From: Maricaulis sp.
GTDB lineage: Bacteria > Pseudomonadota > Alphaproteobacteria > Caulobacterales > Maricaulaceae
Direction of reading: 5' to 3'
Assembly: GCF_017642925.1 (NCBI RefSeq)
Contig: NZ_JAEPOL010000002.1
Span: forward strand, 138,457-202,456
DNA length: 64,000 nucleotides
Shown here: in pieces, positions 57,532-64,000 of the stretch
How the letters are laid out: the number at the start of each line of letters is the position of its first letter
Numbering within the stretch: position 1 is the stretch's first letter
Made by a program: the position numbers and the translations under genes
The notes under the pieces: model-generated
Database searches by the model: none
The model's input: only the letters and a program-made list of their open reading frames with translations
What the model was told of the DNA's origin: nothing

Positions 57532-59205
57532 ATGACGGCCACGACGCGAGAGGCGCGCCATCGCCAGTACCGTGACAAGGGCTGGTGGGGAGACGAGACG
57601 CTCCACACCGCCTTCGACAAGGCTGTCACAGCAGCCCCCGGCCATGTGGCCATTGTCGATCCGCCGGATTGCCGCACACTGATCGGCCGGGATCCGCAAC
57701 GGCTGAGCTATCAGGACATTTCCAACGCCTCGCACAATCTTGCGGCGCGGCTTGCACAGAGGCGAATTGGCCGCGGCGATGCCGTGCTCGTCCAGCTCCC
57801 CAATACGGTCGAGCTGTCAGTGCTCTATCTCGCCCTGTCGCGCCTTGGGGCGATCATCAGCCCGGTGCCCATGCAGTATGGCCGGCACGAGATCGGCCAC
57901 ATGTCGCGCGAGCTCGATGCGAAGGCCTTTGTCGGCATCGAAAGCTTCAAGGGCGAGGCCGCCGCCGCGCGCATGACCGCGGCACTGCCGGACGCCGTGC
58001 CCGTCCTGACGTTCGGCGGTTCGGGCGAAGGCGAGACTGCCCTGGCGGTCGACACGTCTGAACCGCGCATGCTGATGCCGTCGGCCGGCGAAGCGGACGA
58101 TATCTTTACCGTGTGCTGGACATCGGGCACCACAGGCACACCGAAAGGCGTGCCGCGCACGCATAATCACTGGTTCTCCCAGGTCATCGCGATCGAGGAC
58201 ACGGTGCCGCTCGAGCCGGGCTCGGCAATGCTGAACCCCTTCCCGATGACCAATATGGCAGCGCTGTCCGGATTTTTCTTCTACTGGCCGCTGATCCAGG
58301 CGACGCTGGTGCTGCACCACCCGTTCGACCTGCCCACCTTCCTGACCCAGCTCACCACCGAAAAGGTCGCCTACACGATCGCACCGCCGGCCGTGCTGAA
58401 CCTCTTCCTCCAGAACACCGACCTGCACGACAAGTTCGATCTGTCGGCGGTGAAATACATCGCTTCCGGCAGTGCGCCGCTGGACCCCTGGATGGTGAAG
58501 GGGTTCCGCGACAAGTTCGGCATCGAGATCATCAATTTCTTCGGCTCGAACGAGGGGATCGGTCTGTGCGGCGGCCCGGCCGAAGTGCCGGACCCGGAAC
58601 AGCGCGCCACGCTCTTCCCGCGTTTCGGACGCGAGGGCATCGACTGGGACAACCGCTTCGGCCAGCGCTTCGAGACCAAGCTTGTCGACTGGAACGACAA
58701 TGACCGCGAAATCCTCGAACCCGGCGTGCCCGGCGAAATGCTGATCCGCGGCCCCAATGTCTTCAACGGCTATCTCAACGATGCCGGACAGGATGTCTTC
58801 GATGGCGACGGCTATTTCCGCACGGGCGATCTGTTCGAGATTGCCGGCGAGGGCGATCTGTCGCGCTACTACCGCTTCAAGGGCCGCCGCAAGGAGCTGA
58901 TCATCCGGGGCGGCATGAATATCTCGCCGGAAGAGCTGGACGGTCTCATCAGCGCCCATCCGAAGATCCAGGAAGCCGCCGTCTGCGGTTATCCCGACGC
59001 CGTGATGGGCGAGAAGGTCTGCCTCTTTGCCGTGCCCAAGCCGGGCGAGAACCTGACCCTGAAGGACGTTACAAGCTTCCTGGAGGACGAAGGCGTGGCC
59101 AAGTTCAAATGGCCGGAAAAACTGGTTCTGGTCGATGCCCTGCCGCGCAATCCGCTGAACAAGGTGGTGCGGTCGGAACTGCGGGAGCAGCTGGAGCCCG
59201 CATGA
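57532..59205 (+). CDS. Acyl-CoA synthetase (AMP-binding, class I adenylate-forming)
   Basis: WTSGTTGTPKG, FGSNEG, FRTGD, IIRGGMNISP, LPRNPLNKV. Confidence 0.93.
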   Translation: MTATTREARHRQYRDKGWWGDETLHTAFDKAVTAAPGHVAIVDPPDCRTLIGRDPQRLSYQDISNASHNLAARLAQRRIGRGDAVLVQLPNTVELSVLYLALSRLGAIISPVPMQYGRHEIGHMSRELDAKAFVGIESFKGEAAAARMTAALPDAVPVLTFGGSGEGETALAVDTSEPRMLMPSAGEADDIFTVCWTSGTTGTPKGVPRTHNHWFSQVIAIEDTVPLEPGSAMLNPFPMTNMAALSGFFFYWPLIQATLVLHHPFDLPTFLTQLTTEKVAYTIAPPAVLNLFLQNTDLHDKFDLSAVKYIASGSAPLDPWMVKGFRDKFGIEIINFFGSNEGIGLCGGPAEVPDPEQRATLFPRFGREGIDWDNRFGQRFETKLVDWNDNDREILEPGVPGEMLIRGPNVFNGYLNDAGQDVFDGDGYFRTGDLFEIAGEGDLSRYYRFKGRRKELIIRGGMNISPEELDGLISAHPKIQEAAVCGYPDAVMGEKVCLFAVPKPGENLTLKDVTSFLEDEGVAKFKWPEKLVLVDALPRNPLNKVVRSELREQLEPA

Positions 59206-60446
59206 CCCGGATCTGCATTGCCGGCACCGCGATGACGGCCATGGGCAAACAGCCGGCCGCCAGTGTGAAGTCGCTGACGGCGCAGGCCGTTTCGGCGGCC
59301 CTCGCCGATGCCGGTATCGATGCCGGGCGGATCGAGGCGGCCTGGTTCTCCAACACCCGTCAGCCCATGCTGGAGGGCCAGAACACGATCCGCGGCCAGA
59401 TCGCGCTGCGCGCTGCGGGGATTGAGGGCATTCCGGTCAGCAATGTCGAGAATGCCTGTGCCAGCGGGTCGACGGCGCTGTGGCAGGCGGCGACGGCGAT
59501 CCGCGCCGGCCTGTTCGAGACCGTGCTCGTGGTCGGGGCCGAGAAGATGTTCTTCCCGGACCGGCCCGAAGCGGTCGCCGCTGCCTTCATGGGCGGCACG
59601 GACATCCACCGGATCGACGACATCCACGCCGCCGTCTCGAACCTCGCCGCCGATCTCATCCCCGAGGACCTGCGCGGGGCAGGCACGGCAGGCCGCAGCT
59701 TCTTCATGGACAGCTATGCCGCGCTGGCCCGGCTGCACATGCAGACTTTCGGCACGACCCAGGCCCAGCTGGCCGCCGTCGCCGCCAAGAACCATGACCA
59801 CTCGGCCCACAACCCCCTCGCCCAGTACCGCACGCCGATGAGCGTCGAGGCCGTGCTGGCCGATCCGCTGGTCGTCTGGCCGCTGACCCGCGCCATGTGC
59901 GCCCCGATCAGCGACGGTGCCGCGGCCGTCGTCCTGATGGCCGACAGCGCCCTGCCTTCAGCGGCACGCGCCCGCGCCGTCACCCTGCGGGGCCAGGCCC
60001 TCCTGAGCGCGACCACGCGCGACGCGGCGGACTTTGCCAATCATATCGGCGCCCGCACCGCGAAGGCAGCCTATGAACAGGCCGGGATTTCACCGGCCGA
60101 TATCGATGTCGCCGAAGTTCACGACGCCACGTCCTATGCCGAGATCCAGCAGGTGGAAAATCTCGGTCTCTGCCCGATCGGCGAGGGCGGCCCCTATGCC
60201 GAGGCCGGCCATACGCGCCTCGGTGGACACACACCCGTCAATCCCTCGGGCGGGCTTGTGTCCAAGGGCCATCCCGTCGGTGCCACCGGCCTGGCGCAGA
60301 TCCACGAACTCGTCACGCAATTGCGCGGCGAGGCCGGGACGCGCCAGGTCGAGGGCGCACGCATCGCCGTCGCGGAGAATGGCGGCGGCTTTCTCGATGT
60401 CGAGGAAGGCGCGACCGTCGTGTCCGTGCTGGAGCGCGCGGCGTGA
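59202..60446 (+). CDS. Thiolase family protein (SCP2-thiolase type)
   Basis: VENACASGS, EVHDA, NPSGGLVSKGHPVGATG; start at ATG 59202. Confidence 0.9.
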   Translation: MTRICIAGTAMTAMGKQPAASVKSLTAQAVSAALADAGIDAGRIEAAWFSNTRQPMLEGQNTIRGQIALRAAGIEGIPVSNVENACASGSTALWQAATAIRAGLFETVLVVGAEKMFFPDRPEAVAAAFMGGTDIHRIDDIHAAVSNLAADLIPEDLRGAGTAGRSFFMDSYAALARLHMQTFGTTQAQLAAVAAKNHDHSAHNPLAQYRTPMSVEAVLADPLVVWPLTRAMCAPISDGAAAVVLMADSALPSAARARAVTLRGQALLSATTRDAADFANHIGARTAKAAYEQAGISPADIDVAEVHDATSYAEIQQVENLGLCPIGEGGPYAEAGHTRLGGHTPVNPSGGLVSKGHPVGATGLAQIHELVTQLRGEAGTRQVEGARIAVAENGGGFLDVEEGATVVSVLERAA

Positions 60447-61915
60447 CGCCGGTCGTCCTCGCCTTTCTGGAACAGGCCCGCCGCACACCGGATGCGGTCG
60501 CGGCGTCCGACGATACCGGCGCGACAGAGACCTACGCCTCACTGGCCCGCCGGGGCTGCGCACTCGCCGCCGGGCTGCAGGCCAGGCTGGGCACGGATAC
60601 CGGCCGCATCGTCGCCATCGCCGCCAAGAACCATGTCGAACACCTCGTCGCCCTGATCGGGGTCTTCCTGTCCGGCCACACCTGGCTGCCGCTCAACCCG
60701 CGCAGCGCCCGTCCGCTCAATGACGGTGTGTGCGAGCGCCTGAATCCGGCACTCCTGATCTGCGACACGGCCTGCGCCGACTGTGTGACGACCGATGCCT
60801 CGACGCTCTGGTTCGAGGCCGGATCGCCGGATGGCCTGAACGCGCTCTCTGCAGACGCTGACAATTGGCGCCAGCCGGCTTTGGCGCCGGACCATGTGAT
60901 GAGCGTGAAGCTGACCGGCGGCACCACCGGCACGCCCAAGGCCGTCGCCCAGACACAGGGCATGATTGCGACCGTCGTCAGCGATCTGGTTTCCGTCTTC
61001 GCACTTGGCGAGACCGACACCAATCTGGCCGTCGCGCCGCTGTCGCACGGCGCCTTCCATCTCCTGTTTCCCCTGCTGACGACCGGCGGACGGCAGGTCA
61101 TCCTGTCCACCGCCGACACGACAACCGTGCTCGACACGATGGAGCGCGAAGCGGTCAGCATCGCCTTCATGCCACCCACCCTGATCAACAAGCTGGTCGC
61201 CAGCGGCGGGGCCCGCCCGGACCGCTTCCCCGCCCTGCGCCAGTTGATCTACAGCGCCGCACCCATGCCCCCGGCCCAGATCGAGGCGGCACAGGCCGCC
61301 TTCGGTCCGCGCATCGCCGCGCTTTACGGCCAGGTCGAGGCGCCGATGGCGATCACCGCCATGACAGCGGCCGACATGCGGCCGGGCATCCGGCTGCAAA
61401 GCGCCGGCCGGCCCTGCCCCTCGACACAGGTCCGGATCAAGGATCCCGGCCCGGACGGGACCGGCGCGATCCAGGCGCGCGGTCCGCTGGTCGCCACACG
61501 CTATCTGACCGGCGAGCCCTTCCCCCTCGACGAAGGCTGGCTGGACACGGGCGATCGCGGCTTCCTGGACGATGAGGGCTTCCTGCACATACGCGGCCGC
61601 AGCCGCGAGATTATCATCACGGGCGGGTTCAACATCTATCCGGTGGAGATCGAACGCGTGCTTGCCGGTCTTTCCGGTGTGCGAGAAGTGTGCGTCTTCG
61701 GCGTGGCCGACGATTACTGGGGCGAGCGGATCGAGGCGGCCATCGTCGCCGACCCGCATGTCACCGACACCGCGCTTGGCGATGCCGTGCGGGCCGCCAT
61801 CGGCGCCGTTGCCGTGCCCAAGGCGTGGCACCGCACCGACGCCCTGCCGCGCAATGCGGTCGGCAAGGTCGTCCGGCGCGAGGTCGCAGAGCGGTTCAGC
61901 GCGGCCGCGGCGTGA
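60443..61915 (+). CDS. Second acyl-CoA synthetase (AMP-binding)
   Basis: TGGTTGTPKA, YGQVE, WLDTGD, IITGGFNIYP, LPRNAVGKV. Confidence 0.92.
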   Translation: MTPVVLAFLEQARRTPDAVAASDDTGATETYASLARRGCALAAGLQARLGTDTGRIVAIAAKNHVEHLVALIGVFLSGHTWLPLNPRSARPLNDGVCERLNPALLICDTACADCVTTDASTLWFEAGSPDGLNALSADADNWRQPALAPDHVMSVKLTGGTTGTPKAVAQTQGMIATVVSDLVSVFALGETDTNLAVAPLSHGAFHLLFPLLTTGGRQVILSTADTTTVLDTMEREAVSIAFMPPTLINKLVASGGARPDRFPALRQLIYSAAPMPPAQIEAAQAAFGPRIAALYGQVEAPMAITAMTAADMRPGIRLQSAGRPCPSTQVRIKDPGPDGTGAIQARGPLVATRYLTGEPFPLDEGWLDTGDRGFLDDEGFLHIRGRSREIIITGGFNIYPVEIERVLAGLSGVREVCVFGVADDYWGERIEAAIVADPHVTDTALGDAVRAAIGAVAVPKAWHRTDALPRNAVGKVVRREVAERFSAAAA

Positions 61916-62351
61916 TCATCATGCTCGCCGAAGCGCGAGCATGCACCCGGCCTTCGCCCGTTGTCATCTCGCACTCGGCCACGGCCATGCGCCGCCCCTT
62001 GTGGACGATCCGCGCCTCGACGGTCAGCGGACCGGCATCCAGCGGCGCCGCCCTGAGATAGCGGATCTGCAGGTCGGTGGTCGCGAACTGCTCGTCCGGC
62101 CCGACCAGCGAGAGGAGCGCGCAGCCGGTCGCGGCATCGGCCAGCCCGGCCATGACACCGCCATGCACGCCCGCCATCAGGTTGGCGTGACGGTCGGACA
62201 CCGGACATTCAAGACGCACCGTCCCCTCACCGAATGCAACCACCTGGAAGCCCAGCAGCCCGGCAAAGCCGGGCGCCAGCCCCTCATCGATCCAGCGGCG
62301 CAGGATTTCCGCACCGTCCAGACCGTTGCGCACGGCCAGGTCGAGGCTCAT
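61896..62351 (-). CDS. PaaI-family hot-dog thioesterase
   Basis: HANLMAGVHGGVMAGLADAATG, TTDLQIRYLR; start reassigned to ATG 62351. Confidence 0.88.
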   Translation of the reverse strand: MSLDLAVRNGLDGAEILRRWIDEGLAPGFAGLLGFQVVAFGEGTVRLECPVSDRHANLMAGVHGGVMAGLADAATGCALLSLVGPDEQFATTDLQIRYLRAAPLDAGPLTVEARIVHKGRRMAVAECEMTTGEGRVHARASASMMITPRPR

Positions 62352-64000
62352 TCCGCCGCCTCCGCCGGACGCGGTTCGCGGAACTGCACGATCCGGAAAC
62401 GCTGGGCGACAAAGGCGAGGTCGGCCAGACAGGCATTGCCGGCCGGGTTGAGCCCGGTGACGTGATAGTCCGAATAGGCCGCCGCAAAATTGATCGGCAT
62501 GCGCTGATCCATGTTGATCCACAGGGAGGCACCGGCATCGGTGAAGGCATCCTGGGCGCGCTCGATGAAGTCGCGATCCGAGGAATAGAGATAGGAGGAG
62601 ATGGCACCGCGCGTGCGCGCCAGTTCGGCGGCATGGGCCAGTGCCGCATCACGGTCCGGCTCGCGGATCAGGAAACAGACCGGCGCAAACAGCTCCTCAC
62701 CGAACAGCTCGGTTTGCGAGGCCTCGACCTCGACGACGAGCGGGGTCGCAGTCCGTGCATCCGGGAAGTCCGGATGGGCATAGGCCCGGCTCTCCAGCAC
62801 CACCCGGCCGCCGGCCGCGAGAACGCGGCTGCGGATGTCTGCCAGGATGTCGAGGGATTGCTGCGCCTGGACCGCGCCGCACAGGGCAGCGGCTCGCGCG
62901 GGGTCCGCCGTGCGCGCCGCGATCGTGTCGGCCAGCGCCTGCCCGAAGGCTTGGAAGGACATCGAGCCGCCGTCAGGCAGCGCGACACCGTTAGCGGGGA
63001 TATGGACGTTTTGCGGGCTGGTACACATCTGGGCCGAGAAGCCGCAGAACCCGTTCGCCAGCCCGCCGATCATGCCGTCAGGATCGGCGAGCGACTCGAC
63101 CACCACGCCATTGCAGCCCGCCGTTTCGGTATAGACCAGCCGGTCGCGGCAATTCTGCTCGATCCACAGGCCGAAGCGCTGGCTGCCGGTATAGTCGATG
63201 ATGGCGCAGTCGGGATGCTCCAGCAGGGCGATAGTGACCGGCGCTTCGCGCTCGTCGGCCGCCATCAGCACCATGTCGGGATCGAGACCGGCCTTGACCA
63301 ATGTCTCGCGCATCCGCGTCACCGCCATCGCGACCGGCAGGATGCCATTGGGGTGCGGCTTCAGGATGACCGGATTGCCCGTCATCAGATTGGCGAACAC
63401 GGCCGGATAGGCGTTCCAGAGCGGGAAGGTGGCACAGCACACCACGACCGCAACACCGCGGCCGCGTGTGCGGTAGGACTTGTCCAGCGATACCACACCG
63501 CCCCGGCCGAAGGATTTGCTCCAGCCCGCGCTGGCCGGCACATCCCGCAGCGCCTTGTAGGCATAGACCAGGGCCTCGACGCCTCGGTCGAGCGCGTTGG
63601 CGCCGCTGCCGGAAAACGCCATCAGATAGGCCTGCCCCGCCGTATGCATGGTGGCATGGGCGTTGGCGAAGGCCTGTTCTTCCAGCGCAAAGGCCATCTC
63701 GAAGCAGATCCCGGCCCGTTCCTCCGCATCCAGAGCCTGCCAGCCCTTCATCGCCCGGCGCGCCGCGGCGAACAGCACATCCGGATCGCAATCGGGATAA
63801 TCGATGCCCAGCGGCTTACCGGTATAGGGCGACACTTCGTGGCCGATCCGCCCGGTCTCGCCGGGCTGGTCGAAATCATAGGGTTTGCCCAGCAGGGCCT
63901 TGAACCGCGCCAGCCCCTCCTCGGCCCGCCCCGGGGCATGCAGCTTGCCGCTCGGCGACTCGACAAAGGGGCTCCAATAGGCCCGGCTGGCGCACGCGGC
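62348..64000 (-). CDS. paaN: Phenylacetate degradation aldehyde dehydrogenase-like protein, 5' end beyond the window
   Basis: Frame stays open to 64000 (…AYWSPFVESPSGK…EVSPYTG); CATFPLWN, DYTGS, QMCTSPQN, NFAAAYSDYHVTGLNPAGNA. Confidence 0.88.
   Translation of the reverse strand, partial: AACASRAYWSPFVESPSGKLHAPGRAEEGLARFKALLGKPYDFDQPGETGRIGHEVSPYTGKPLGIDYPDCDPDVLFAAARRAMKGWQALDAEERAGICFEMAFALEEQAFANAHATMHTAGQAYLMAFSGSGANALDRGVEALVYAYKALRDVPASAGWSKSFGRGGVVSLDKSYRTRGRGVAVVVCCATFPLWNAYPAVFANLMTGNPVILKPHPNGILPVAMAVTRMRETLVKAGLDPDMVLMAADEREAPVTIALLEHPDCAIIDYTGSQRFGLWIEQNCRDRLVYTETAGCNGVVVESLADPDGMIGGLANGFCGFSAQMCTSPQNVHIPANGVALPDGGSMSFQAFGQALADTIAARTADPARAAALCGAVQAQQSLDILADIRSRVLAAGGRVVLESRAYAHPDFPDARTATPLVVEVEASQTELFGEELFAPVCFLIREPDRDAALAHAAELARTRGAISSYLYSSDRDFIERAQDAFTDAGASLWINMDQRMPINFAAAYSDYHVTGLNPAGNACLADLAFVAQRFRIVQFREPRPAEAAE

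Overview
GC-rich alphaproteobacterial chromosome segment; gene content resembles Caulobacterales/Maricaulales, which is an inference. It has three blocks. (1) 1-12810 is the right end of an ICE-like element: a minus-strand leading-region-type gene string (ArdC, PAPS-reductase-like protein, ParB-like, thermonuclease, hypotheticals), nreAB-like nickel resistance, a DUF433/DUF5615 toxin-antitoxin pair and a tyrosine integrase. It ends at a 47-bp 3' fragment of tRNA-Arg(CCG). (2) 12811-37534 is a second ~24.7-kb island ending in an identical 47-bp tRNA-Arg fragment. It carries czcCBA-type metal efflux with accessory genes, a WYL-TerB fusion gene divergent from a complete Shango (sngABC) anti-phage operon, an orphan HigA-like HTH, an IS5 remnant, a large serine recombinase module, an AlpA-like HTH and a second tyrosine integrase. 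(3) 37535-64000 looks like core chromosome: TonB-dependent receptor, two LytTR regulators, cytochrome c'/DsrE-like genes, cydABX/cydDC/Rrf2, rfbA, hydroxyproline epimerase and deaminase, a carotenoid-oxygenase/tandem-HxlR/CoA-ligase/thiolase catabolic cluster, a PaaI thioesterase and partial paaN. The most novel-looking signals are the WYL-TerB gene beside Shango and a four-copy structured leader motif with covarying stems in front of the ICE leading-region genes. All family calls come from motif recognition by eye; no database searches were run.
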